In this document: positions 41,863 to 54,900 of the stretch, piece after piece
Layout of the letters: the number at the start of each line of letters is the position of its first letter
How positions within the stretch are numbered: position 1 is the stretch's first letter
Assembly (NCBI GenBank): GCA_964035545.1
Contig: OZ037765.1
Span: forward strand, 6,210,698 to 6,274,697
Length of the DNA: 64,000 nt
Direction of reading: 5' to 3'
Source of the DNA: Bugula neritina
Lineage: Eukaryota; Animalia; Bryozoa
Notes under the pieces: model-generated
What the model saw: only the letters and a program-made list of their open reading frames with translations
Databases searched by the model: none
Told to the model about the DNA's origin: nothing
Position numbers and translations under genes: made by a program

Positions 41863-43429
41863 TTTTACCAGTAGTAAACTTTTTGCAGTTTCTGCAACAA
41901 AATATCAATACTTTTTATTTTGCAGGAGTTATAATGTAGCATAGTATTCAACAAATTCACAAACTTTACGAATAAAGTTTATGATTTTCCCAACTATTGT
42001 CTACACACTACCAATATATCTAATTAAATACCTAATTTTTATAGCTCTAGGCTTTGTTCTAATTTCATATCTTTTACTTTGTTCTGAGTTGCCTTTTTGT
42101 TTATTATAATTAGTTTGTAATTTTGAAATATTACTTTTATGCAGGCATACTAGTCCTAGATCACGATGGGAGTGTTGAAAACGGAATACATGTTCTAGAG
42201 AGCAACATAGGACATAAAGATTAACTTAGCAATTTGATGAGCTCAGAATTATAAACTTATTACAATTTCATTAGATGCGTAAAGAAATAAGGTGGTTTAA
42301 GTCTATTAAAATGATTGTCAGACGTTAAGAGCAACTGTAAGCATCTAAATGGTTTAATATATTTAGTTTAACATTGTCAGTCCTAAATTAAAATTGGAAA
42401 CCCAAATGGTGTATGGCTATTAGCATACTAAAAATGACCTTTATAAATTACCTTACTCACCTAAAAATTAAAACTAGTTTAGTTACTGGTGAATCATTAT
42501 CTACTTATAACTAGTAGTCTATAATTATAGTGTAATCGTAGTCGTTACGTGAATGGTTAAAGTTAAACTAAACGTAGTAATTATAAAAACTTTAAAAAGT
42601 AATGATAATCATACCGAGCAACTCAATTGTCAATTGCAGTAATCAAAATTAGCACGAGAGATTTGAAAAGGGTAGCACATAACAAGATAAAACAGTAGTT
42701 TATTTATAAAGTAATTTTAACGTATATTCACCTTTTTATGCAAATGCTACGATCAAACACAGAATCACACCGAAACCGCTTTAGATTTACAACTCCATAA
42801 AACCTGCCGTTAGATAATGCAGAGTTGCTGTGACAACAAATACGGATACGCAATAAACCCAATGAGATCTTCCGAAGTTTTATCGTACTTCTCAAAATAT
42901 AGCGCGAGACCTCACAACTACTCAAATATCAAACCGTAAAAAATAATTTACTATTAGTTACATATATTATATTTTAATCTTTATTAATTACAAGTTTTAA
43001 TTTTTTTAAATTCAAAATTTAAAAACTGTTTATAAATATGAAGAAAGCAAAGAAAATATTTTTGCTGGCATTAGAATAAAATGCTAGTTGGAACCTGTAG
43101 TTGAAGAGGGCGTGTTTTACGATCTATAATCCTTCGTCTCCAAACGTGAAAAATTAAATTAAAACCTATGGTATGCCTGAAAATGCACGCTCCAGCTAGC
43201 GACTTTCGCTTCAGCCCGGTTTTACTGGATCGGCATAGCCGTCAAATATCTATCGGGTTGAGTGAAATTTCAATTTGACATTTCTGATTTTAGTCTCACT
43301 TTGACTTTATTATTTGTTCACTCAGTCCTCTATTTATATTTATAAAATACTAATAGTAAAAGGTGCTGTCAAGCTTTAAGCTGACTGTTGTATATTTTAG
43401 TTTATGTCGTGAACTAAGTTTTACTTGAT

Positions 43430-45170
43430 TAGTATTACTAATACTAATACTAATACTAATAGTAATACTTATACTTATAGTTATACTAATACTAATAGTA
43501 ATAGTAATACTAATAGTAAATGTAATAGTGTAATACTAAGTCTAATAGTAATACTAATACTAATAGTAATACTAATGCTAATAGTAATACTAATACTAAT
43601 AGTAATAGACATAGTGGTAGTAAATGTAATACTTATACTTTAACTTATAGTTATAGTTATTATTTATACTTAGACTTATAGTTATACTCAGTTATAGTTA
43701 TCGGGTTATATTAAATCTAATAGTAATAAAGTAATAGTTATAGTAATACTAATGGTAATAGACAATAGAATAGTAATACTAATAGTAATAAGTAACTGTA
43801 ATAGTAATCTAATAGTCTGATACTATGTGTATCAGTATTGTAATTAACTAATTTCGTATTTAATTTTGAAAACTAGTTTAATTTTACGTTATTTACTTTT
43901 AATTTTAGTATTACTATTTACGATTCACGGTTTACGCACATTCTCATTCTGATTCACTTCGAGTTTGACATTATCATTATGATTATGATTACCATGATCA
44001 TTTTTCTTAAGATTTCACAAAATATTAATCATAATGACAAAGACAAATATTAATATTAATATGAATGATATTAATATTATTTCATATTTGTATATGTAAC
44101 TATAAGTATAACTGTAAGTAAGATTAACTTCAAGTATTACATTTATTATTACTGTTAGTATTAGTAATAGTATAACTATAAGTATAACTATAACTTTAAC
44201 TTGAAGTTAAAACATTAATTTAAAGTTTAACTATAACATAAATATAACTAATACTATAAGTCTTACTCATATATTTTAGTTACTGCCTACTGGTATATAA
44301 CTATATTTATATTAAAGAATCCCTGGCACACTTCACTTATGCAGTACTAAAATATTCTTATATATCTTAGTTTTCATTTGCATACTGTTTTAAGGTTGGA
44401 TGCTTAAACAAGGGCTTGAAATTTCAAAGTTTAAACTTTCAAGCCATCTAGGTGATTATGCTGTGCAGTGCAGCAGCTAACAATAGCATACAATGAAAGT
44501 TAGTTATAATTAGTATAAGTTTTATAGTAGCAGTAAAGTCAAAGCTGACCGAAAATTTCATTTCCAAGCGATCAGAAATCCCAAATCATTTCAGTACATA
44601 CTTGCACAAAATTCATTATAAAACAATATTGTTTAAGCATCCAACCTGGAAACAGTATGCAAATAAAAATTAACATATATAAGAATATTTTAGTACTGCA
44701 TAAGTGAACTGTGTCAGAGATTCCTTAAATTTAATGCTATTGATATTAGATTTGGTATTCATAAATTCATATATGAATATGAATATGTCTTTGATATCCA
44801 ATATGACTATCATATTCATATTGAATTTAAAATTCATATTCATTATGATAAAGATGTTGATAATCATAAGAATTATCAGTATGATATTAATAATCATAAT
44901 GATGATCATCATTGTGATCATCATTAGGATTATTAACATCATACTGATACTCTCACTCACGCAAGTTACTCTGAAATCATACTGATACTGATTATGAGTA
45001 ATTATACGATTATCATATTACCAGTTACGGTTATACCCACTTATTCACATTGTTGTTCCGATTGTCAATCATTGAACCCATGTCATAAAGATTTTTATTT
45101 TAATTTTAATTTAGCTAAACTATCAGTATCACTATGAGCACGAGTTTAAAGTTTATATAAGCATAATGAT
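43430..45170. repeat. cryptically simple (TAC/TAA/TAG/TGA)n tracts upstream of HNRNPK
   Basis: Degenerate TAATAC/TAATAG/CATGAT runs; these produce the spurious hydrophobic ORFs at 43425 and 44670-44985. Confidence 0.8.
44316..44724. mobile_element. MITE with TTAA TSD (Kolobok-like), 409 bp
   Basis: TTAA|AGAATCCCTGGCACACTTCACTTATGCAGTACTAAAATATTC ... GAATATTTTAGTACTGCATAAGTGAACTGTGTCAGAGATTCC|TTAA; ~95-bp TIRs; same termini as the 21572 element. Confidence 0.82.
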
Positions 45171-46546
45171 AATAATTATAGTACTACTATTGCATAGTCT
45201 AATCGTGACTGTTTTTGCTTTTGCAAATTCAATTTTAATTTACATGTGGCTTACAATTACAGTTAGTTTTACAACTGCACTGCTCAGACAGACATTCACA
45301 GATATAATTTGGGCCTATACTGAATCATTTTTGCTTAGATCTTTTTAATTTAAAATTAGTTGACTTGTCTACAGCTCAAGTTATGGTGAAACATTGTTTA
45401 AGGTCATTGCTATTCTTAAGCTTTTAAATTTTATTCTTAATGTTAACTTTCAATGATATTTTATTTTGACATCACTATGGTATAAATTTATTTTTAGTAA
45501 CATGATAATTAATTGTAAATTTAGAGTTTTTTGGTATCTTTTTTCACTATCAAAGTCTAAGCCTTCTTATTTTAACAAATCAGTATATAATTATTAATAT
45601 GCACTTTGTTTTTGCTATTATTGTTATAGTTATAATGTTTCTAATAATAGTGATAGTAGTAAGGCTCTGTGAACTTGAATTTACGATTCAGATAACATTT
45701 CACTATAGGAAAAATTATTCCAATTGGTGAACATTGCTAATGTAGTGATTTTTTTAGTAGTTATTATCGTATAAACTAAAAATGTATTAAGCCTATATAT
45801 GCTGTAGTACTTTTGTAAAATATCATTCTATACTTTCTTCACTTTATATTTTAGTGAACACACTATTTATAAAATTTCTGAAGTTTATAATCATTTACTG
45901 TAATATTTTGATTAGACACTACTGCTATTGATATTCAAATAGTTGATGAAATTGTATAAAGTAGTCTAAAGTACATTACTTGTAGTCAGCTAAGAAATCA
46001 ATGGACTTTGTATTTAAAGAAACTCCTACTATTAATAAAATTGAGCTATTAATTTATTGAGCCTATGTTGTTTTTCTAAATTCTGCTTTTTGTCAGTCCA
46101 GTTCCCATTCTTTCCATCTCAGTTATAGTTTCCATGTTAATTTGCTTAGACTCTTTCATGCATTAATGGAAAACATTATACTTTCCTTATCCTGTATAAA
46201 CTTCTTTTAAATGCTTTGAAAGTGTAATGTTGTTTTATCATTATTTATTATTTAAAACCCTTGTAAATGTTTGTCATTCTTTTATAGAAGTTGAGAGCAG
46301 TTGTCTGCCCTCTTCATCACCATCTATATTGTCAGCTATTACTCTTCAAATAGTCAAATAGTATATATTATACATTTTTTGTTAATTTTTGTTTTTCTGG
46401 TAAAAGAATTTTCTATTTTTGATCAAAAATTAAGGAAAGTAATTCTAGTGAAACTTTCCAGGATACCGAAATATCCTCTGGATGGTTGGCTGAAACTTCT
46501 GATAGCAAATCTCATTTTGAATATCATATTTATTGTAGTTACCATT

Positions 46547-49386
46547 ATGGATGATGAATATCACGGTGGATCTTACGGCAATGGTGAGTGTGATATTACG
46601 TGTTTCCATAATTATTTTATTTTAACAAACATAGGAATGTTTTTTCAGAATTACTTGTTTTTTCATATAATATAACATTGGCAGGTAAATTGTAAGTTGT
46701 AAAAATAACTTCCAACAATATGCTGTCTCTTAGCTCAATTTGGAGTTGTGCATTACTGTATGCACTAAATAATTGTTTTCAAACTGTTGAAATCTCTTAG
46801 TTTGGGATCAGGCTGTAGTCTTTGTTTGTTGATTTTTCTATTCAACTAGTCGACACTTTAATTTTTTTGAGTTGTGTTTTTGATCCTTCAAGTCTTATCA
46901 TGATTTAAACGACATATAGTGTTTGCCAATAAAGTTCCTTCTAAAATAATTACATGATGCTGGAACATAGGCTCTATGTGTATAACTGATAACTGTAATC
47001 ACTTGTGCGTTTCATTCCTTCAAACTCACCAGTTAATTTCCTCCCATTTACACAATTCTGAAATTAATTTTATGCTTTACAGCTTTTAAACATCAGAGTC
47101 GTAATGGTTATTGATTTTAATAAGCAAAAATCAATGCAGTCATATTTTCCTAACTTGCTAGCATGCTCTGGTGTTAGGTTTAGTATACTTCATGTTGTAA
47201 TTAGTTCTAAGTACTATGGCATATAGCAGCGTGCTTTGTACATTTTAATCTAGAGAGGTTGATAGGCTAGGTAATCAGTTGACATCTCTCACAGGTGGTG
47301 GTATGAAAAGGTCGGCGAGTGATAGCGGAATGGACAATGCTGGACCACCCAAACGTTTCTGCAATGGTGAAGGACCAACCATAGAGTTACGAGTCCTTAT
47401 TCAAAGCAAGGTATACATTTTTTGGATTACAACAAATATTTTTGAATGTTAAAAATATTGTCCTGCTATTTTTATTATTGTATGATTGATGGATTACCTT
47501 CTGGTCATTTCAGAATGCTGGTGCTATAATAGGAAAAGCTGGAAGTAATATAAAAAGATTAAGAAGCACTGTAAGTCTGTTTCTTTGTTGAATTTGTTTT
47601 TTATTTTATTACAGAGGAGATAACTTATTGTAGTTACGTTTTCAGGTCAGCCAATAGACTCAACACTCGAGAAGTTTTCCTTCTATGAACTAATCATGAC
47701 ATACTCCTATTATGTAATACTTATGGTGGTCTTGCCTCTTCAACCTGGGTGCCTGCCATCAATGGAGTGTTGCTTCGTTGAATGAGTTTTAAATTGGTCA
47801 TTCCCACAAATGTATTCAACTTGTAATCATGCCATGTTCTTATTTTCCCTCCTTTTATGCCAACTTAACATACGGAATTAACATGTGCTTGGCCGGGCCG
47901 CCCATCCCTCTGCTACTGGTCCTACTGGCTGGCCAATGAAACTACTTCTGGTCTATACGGTCTAATCAACATACTGTCCTGCCTCGACATCTCCTCCTAT
48001 TGATGATGACGCCACTGTCTCCACTGGCCTACACCCGCTGCATTTTGCTCTTGCAGTACAATGCGAGTGTCACTGTGCCCGACTCCAGCGGCCCTGAACG
48101 GTAACTCTATACACAATTGGTGCTTGATATCCGACATGTGGCTATGTTGATCTCGTACAATGTCTTTGGCCCAAATCATTACAATTGACTGACACAATAT
48201 AGCCACATGAGGAGGTCTCTGGGTCAACGCCATTCTCTTCCATTCAGCTTCTGTTATATTGTAAAGCTGGACTCCAAAATTCTGAGAGGTTTTTTGTTTT
48301 GGCGGGTTCGGGGGGGGGGGTGTAACACTGGTTGGCTGGTCTAAATTCTATGGGTGGGAGTGCCGGGAGTCTTGTAAAACAAAGCATGTTCCTAACAACT
48401 TCATTCTGTCAACAAATATTATTTAGAAAATAAGCCCTTCTTCCTAGTTACTGTAACCATTATGACGAACTGTTTTTATTTATAATTTCAGCATTCTTAG
48501 TATTCACGCACCTCTTGGCACTGTACTGGAGTGTCTACGAGAAGCTATACCTTGCTTTGAGGATGTAAGTACGAATGACACTTTTCTAGCAGTGACTCTA
48601 GGTGCTGCATTTACCTGTTGTATAACTTTCACATAACAGCTGTTGGCTGAACTGCACATCTACTGTTTCAATGAAGACAATTTGAAAAATTATCAGTTGT
48701 TGTGGGATTATGATATTGAATAATTATCCCAATATTAGTTAGGCTAAAGCCATACAGTTACCTGGTGGCAGATGCCCTGTCTAGTCACAGTCTGTGTTTA
48801 CTGTAATAGAAAATGAAAAATCGGAAATGAAATTCTCACCAACCACTTAGTCAAAGCACTGTACATACAATGTCAATAACATATGATGTATGTGTAGCAC
48901 ATGTAGACGAACATTGTACAGATTGCGCTGTTCTTGTAGTATCAGCAGTTCAACCCAGATGACGACTTTGAGTGTGACCTTCACCTACTGGTGCACCAGA
49001 GTCAAGCCGGCTGCGTTATCGGAAGGGGTGGTGGAAAGATTAAAGAACTGAGAGACGTAAGTCACTCATCTACACCGTGTGTCACAAATGCGCTGTATAT
49101 ACTTTGCTGTGTCAGATCTACTGTATAAGAACCCTTGAGTTTCATTGCTGTGTTCATTTGTGTTAGATGACTGGAAGCAATATTAAGGTTTACACAGACT
49201 GTTGTCCAAGGTCTACGGATAGAGTGGTACAAGTCATGGGAACCATATCAAAGGTGAGAGTCAAACATATACATGTATACCCTATGCATACGTATATGTA
49301 TGTATGTATGTATACGCTATGCATACGTATATGTATGTATGTATACGCTATGCATACGTATATGTATGTATGTATGTATGTATACG

Positions 49387-49428
<42 letters not shown>

Positions 49429-52400
49429 GTATATGTATATATATATATATATATATACATATATACGTATATGTATATACGTATATGTATAATGAACGAA
49501 CTGTTAGGTCAATCCTGTGTAACCCAATCTATTGGGCAGAGTTTAGCACAAATCTGTTTCCGCTGTTGCACTTATGTAGGCCAGCAATTTCCTGTTTTTA
49601 CAGCAAATAGTTGGGGAAAAGAAATCAATAATCACAGTTTCATAGCTTGATATTTAATGCTGCTATTGACTAAATTATTTATTAAATAATGAATTTAATA
49701 CTTAAAACAATTACTTAAGTCTGAACACTAGCTAGGATAGTATTGTTGGCAATAGAAAGTTTTATGTACTCTATGCTGCGTTTCCATGACTTTGCATTAA
49801 CTTGTGGTTTCAATCGAAGTCACTGTTTCCAAAGCTGAATGAAAAATCCATTCTCATAATTCAAAGCTTGGAAACGCAGCGCATTAATTATAGACAGTCA
49901 TAAACAATAGAAGGTTTATAGAAAGTCATGGACAATCATGTTTTTGGTAGGTGATTAATGCTGTGGGAGAGATTTTTGACCTGCTCCAGACAGCGCCACC
50001 CAAGGGCACTGTGAACAACTACGACCCCAACTACGCCGATGAGTTCAACTCCCAGAGCTATGGAGGCTTTACGATGGGTCCCGGCGGTAAAGGCGGCCGA
50101 GGGGGAGGCAGCAGTGGTGGAGGCGGATTTGGTGGTGGCAGGTGAGTTATTGGAACAGAACACCAGTCTGTCGGACTAGTAGTGATGATGTAGTGGTTAC
50201 TTATAGGATGGTCCCACTGTATTCAGACGTGTTTGTGCTGGTGTGTGATGTGCTACATTCTAGCATATTGGTAATTAGCTAGTCTTGACAACGCAATCAA
50301 TATTTTAATGTTAAACACTAAGAGTAGGTAATTGTTTGTAAGGAGCCAACTTTGTTTCTAATTCTCGGTGAAAAGGGCAGGTGTTGGTTTCCATTACTGG
50401 AAATCGATCCTCACAGTTTGAATTGTATCAAAAAGCATCATTGATTGTTGAGCGGCTCATTCACGACACTGCCTGTGAATGTTATATTCTTTGTTTATAT
50501 GTAATTTGTCAATTTGTCTATAGAAAGCATATTTTATACAATCCTTTGATGCAGGGAGGATTGTATTGTGACGGAGTCCTGTATAAAAATGTGATAGCTT
50601 TGTTGTGGGGTGTTCAGAATACTTTGTTGAATGCAAGTCACGCTTCTGTCTATTCATTGGCTGCAGAGTTTTTTATCTCTTGTTTGTTTTCACAAATAAG
50701 ATCTCGTTAGCAGTGTTTAGATGAGATGGTCGCTTGGCTTGACTAAATAGGCAGATCTACGTCCTTTGTCTTAGTATTGATATTCGGCCTTATTATTGCA
50801 GTGTATTTATAGTGAGATAGCATTTGCTCTACCTTTCATTGTGCAACAAGGGGTTAGGAGAGACAAGTTGTTGTATTTTATCTCTAGCAGATTATCAGCA
50901 ATGTGACAATTTTGCTCTTCATAGGTAAGTTAAGTTGGTAGTTGAGGTGAAATACTCATATCTGTAGAGTAGCTTTGTGTGAACTTAATATAAATATTAA
51001 TTGCCCCTTTCTGATTGGTTATTCGTTGTTGAAACATGCTATAGAATAGGCTCTTGGGACCTGTGAACACGTATTGATTCCTAAGCAGATGACTTGGTTT
51101 ATTAGAGCTTCAGTTATCTTGTAGCAGTGTCATAGTGCTGTTAGCTTACCTCATGTTTAATTAACAGCTGTGCAGAATGGTAGGTTATTTTAAACTTTGT
51201 TTAATTTATTAAATTTTTTTTGATTATTTAATATTTTGTAAATGTTGAATTGTTTGCAGAGGAGGTGGTGGTGGCGGCGGTAGAGGCCGCGGTGGTTCTC
51301 GAGGTGGAATGAGAGGAGGAAGGGGCGGTTATGGAGGTGACCGAGGTTTTGATAGAGGATTTGATAGATCTCGGGGTAGTGGTGGCGGAGGATTTGGTGG
51401 AAGTCGCGGAAGAGATTTCGGAGGCAGTCGAGACGACGGCTATGGAGGTGGGAGAAGTGGCCGAGATGGCGGCTATGACGGTGGGCGGGAGAACCATTTT
51501 GGAGGTGGTAGAGGTGGAGGGTTTGGTGATAGCAGAGATGGCGGATCATCTACCAAAACTCAAGTCAGCATTCCAAAAGATGTAAGCTGGAAACTTTATT
51601 GAAAAAAATTCTCTTCCAATTTCTAAGTTTCGTGTGTTTTATAGCTATAGCTGTATATTATTTTGATTAATTCAAGCAAACAAAAATTATTTGTAAACAT
51701 ATTGCAGCTTGCTGGAGCTATAATTGGTAAAGGAGGCAACAGAATTAAGCAAATTCGTCAGCAGTCCAACGCCCAGATTCAGATTGACGAGGCCGTGGCT
51801 GGCTCTAATGACAGAATTATTACCATCAGCGGTACTCAAGATCAAATACAGAATGCTCAATATCTCTTGCAGTTGAGGTACTTCAAACCTGCTCTTTCCT
51901 TGTCTGTACAATGCGTAGACATTCACAAAGTTTACTTTTGTTTTCATAATTGAACATCTCTTTGAGGTAACAACTCTGTCACCCTTTCATATGGAAAAGC
52001 CGCATAACTTTTTTGCTTGTTTACTTTGAATTAAATGGCTTGTGTGTGTGTGTGTGTGCATTGCAAACCATTCAATGTGTTTTTCTGACCATTTAAAAAC
52101 CTTGTCTTGTTACTTTCTAGTTGAGCTTTCAATGAAATATTTAGAATTTTAATTGAAGTTTTCATTCTTTTACCTTCTAAACTTTTCCATGATGGCGAAT
52201 GTTTGCTGCAGTGTCGGTTTCCTAGCTTGTGTGTTCCTACGCTATTTACTAACTATTGTTGAGAATGTTTGGGAGTGTTGAGTTAGCAGGGTTAGTACTT
52301 ACTGCTCACTCTACTGGTAGTAATACCTTACTGCTGCAGCTAGTTTCTGATCAACAGCTAGCAGTCTATAAGATATACTCTCTTTACTGTTTGTTCAGCT

Positions 52401-53139
52401 GTTAACTGGTGGTTGGTGTTTGAATGCTTAGACTTTGTGGAAGACTAGTGATTTTGTTGTTCTCCGAAGTTGCTAACACGAAATCTCTATCTTCCGCAAA
52501 GTTGCCGCTTACCTCCTTCTATGCTAACAAGAATACCTTATTACCAAACAATGCTTGCCCTAGCTATCTACTGACAGCTCTTACTCTGCTTGTTCAACAG
52601 GTGCTCTAGTTTAGACCTAGTAGACAGGGGCAGGTGCTGCTCTAATGCTAATTAGCTGTATTGGCTGGGGTGTCAACACTACTTACCTCTGAGTGCATGC
52701 ATTGTAACCACTTGTCTAGCAACATCAACATCACAAATAAAGAATTAAAATTATTGCTATAATGACATGCTAGAATAAAAATAACACAAACTAATAAATA
52801 GAGATGTGTAACTGTAGAGGCTACATTTTATATAGTTTTGATAGTAACCAGTGGTTTGATGTTAATATTTCTGATACCAAAATTTCATTCTCTTGAGAAT
52901 AACACAATTTTAGCAATTTTTCTAATACTTCTATCTACAATACAGTTTCATTGATAGATTCTAAACTTGTACGTTTAATGTATGTTTTCAATGAAATATG
53001 GCTCAAAGTTGTATTGCTATTTTGCTTGAAAACACTATGTTGTATTTGGTGACTTCAAGTTTAAAATGTGGTGCTTCTTGTCTTTTACAGTGTCAAACAG
53101 CACCAATCGGGCAACAGTGGTGGAGGAGGCCGTTATTAA
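46547..53139 (+). CDS. HNRNPK: Heterogeneous nuclear ribonucleoprotein K; exons 46547-46583, 47295-47410, 47514-47570, 48057-48100, 48492-48564, 48940-49056, 49167-49253, 49951-50141, 51260-51581, 51708-51877, 53091-53139
   Basis: KH1 [43 protein letters not shown]; KH2 [23 protein letters not shown]...[10 protein letters not shown]; RGG region; KH3 [28 protein letters not shown]...[14 protein letters not shown]. Confidence 0.96.
49271..49490. repeat. compound microsatellite (TA)n / TATG / TACG in HNRNPK intron
   Basis: Long (TA)n plus ~30-bp units TATGCATACGTATATGTATGTATGTATACGC. Confidence 0.95.
49775..49880. mobile_element. short MITE (Harbinger-like TIR)
   Basis: Perfect 12-bp inverted ends GCTGCGTTTCCA ... 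TGGAAACGCAGC. Confidence 0.55.
52431..52503 (+). ncRNA. MIR7: pre-miR-7 hairpin (mature 5p 52438-52461) in last intron of HNRNPK
   Basis: Exact mature miR-7 TGGAAGACTAGTGATTTTGTTGTT. The 3p arm AACACGAAATCTCTATCTTCCGCAAAGT pairs back to it; same strand as the host gene. Confidence 0.97.
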
Positions 53140-54850
53140 ACCAGAAAATACTTATTGTTGGGCTATTCATTGAGTTTGTTACCTGATTGTACAGCGCCCT
53201 AATAGATCTTCTAATCACTCTCAGCCAGACAATTCATTCTACCTAATAATTAGTTTTTTGGCAATTCGGTTACACTTTATGTATTTTTTCTTTTATGTAA
53301 ATAGCTGTCAGTTTTGAAACATCCTTATATAACAGTTTGAACCTGTTATTTTAATGCTCTGTATTATAGTTTTGAATATAATAAAGTCTGAACTTCTTCA
53401 CATGTGGGTGAGAGTTTAACATTTATTTGTAAAGACATATTCATTGTGAAAATGCTTCAGTTTGACCTTATCCTGCCTAAAATAGACGGAAACTGCCTGC
53501 TAACCCATGAGGTATTAAATGGTTATTAATTATGTATGCAGTCTATTATAAAAATGCCTCATGTGTATTGATTTGAAGCTACAAGCTATGATATTGATTG
53601 CTTTGTAGATGCAACTGATGTCATTGTATTGATTGAAAGTTAAGCGTTGTTTTATTTGAATACAATCCTTTACCTGTACTGGTTGTAAAGGCTAGCTACT
53701 AGACTAGAGTGACAAGTCTTGGTAGGCTGGTCTGATACAGATGAATTAGACTGATTAAGCACGCCAATTTGGTACAAAACTTTGAACTCTAATCGTTTTG
53801 CTTTTTATATAACTGCTATTATGTATAAATTACTTGTCTTTGGATAGAGTGAAGCACTTTTTTTACAGATCTGAAAGCAGTTGATGCACATTATAATTAT
53901 GTTGGATATATAACGGAATAATATGTGTTAGTTAATATGATAAAAGCGAAATTGATCCAAAATATTTTCATTACCAACAGTTTCTGTATTGTGTATATGA
54001 TAAAATGTTGCAGAACTAAAGGTCAGATAAAATCTTATACAATATAAGTGTTGAAAATTTGCTAAATTAAAACCAATGCCTGCACCACAGAAAACCCATA
54101 ATCTGGTTCAATCCTCTAGGTAGCTTATATACAATTTAGCCACTTTAATGTTGAAAGAAAGTTTTTAAAAACTATCAGTGCATAATAAACACAAAATCGA
54201 CAATAAAATATCCACAATCTTATATTTATAGAATGAATAAAAACAATGTTTTGTGTTAGCGTATATATAAAGAAAAGCCATGTGCATTGCAAACACTGTA
54301 TCTAAAAAAAAAATCTTTTTTTAAGTTTTTAAGACCTTCCAGCTTGAAGAAATTACATATGTCATTTTTCAAAGGCTTAAGCTTCAATTATTTTTAAGTA
54401 TGTATACTCAAAAGTGAAGGCAAGAATTGGCAACTTCATTCTCCTTCATAGCTTCTCAGGATATTTCATAACTGATCTGAGGTGGATTTTGGCAACATAG
54501 CATTTCTTTAGAGTTGCATAAAGGATCCTGTTTTTTAATGCATCATCATTTTCTTATTACTAAGAAATCTTGTGTGTGTAAACATGCAAAACTTATGACT
54601 GCATTAAAGATTCCCATCGCATTATAATAAGAATACAAGTTAACAATGCAAAAGTATAAACATTTATCTATAACTTGCAAATGGTTGGTAATGTAATTCA
54701 AGACAACTGCAGTTTAGATTTAGCAAAAAGGCAGAGTAAAATAGAGTGAACTGTTAATAAAGGTGTTATTAGTAAAGTGTTTTGCCATGCCATGTTATGT
54801 GAAATAGTTACAATAGACTGTTGCAATGTTACTGTGGCACTCTCAGGGCA

Positions 54851-54900
54851 CACTGTATTTATATACACTGTATTCATATACACTGTATTCATACACACTA
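54851..54900. repeat. 15-bp minisatellite, ~3 copies
   Basis: CACTGTATT(T/C)ATATA repeated. Confidence 0.7.

Noticed and set aside
43425-44985. Hydrophobic Ile/Met-rich ORFs resembling membrane or mitochondrial proteins
   Set aside because: They arise from low-complexity repeats and a MITE end.
49167-49650. Long YIYI/YVCM-rich ORFs
   Set aside because: Translations of the TA/TATG microsatellite; only 49167-49253 is a real HNRNPK exon.
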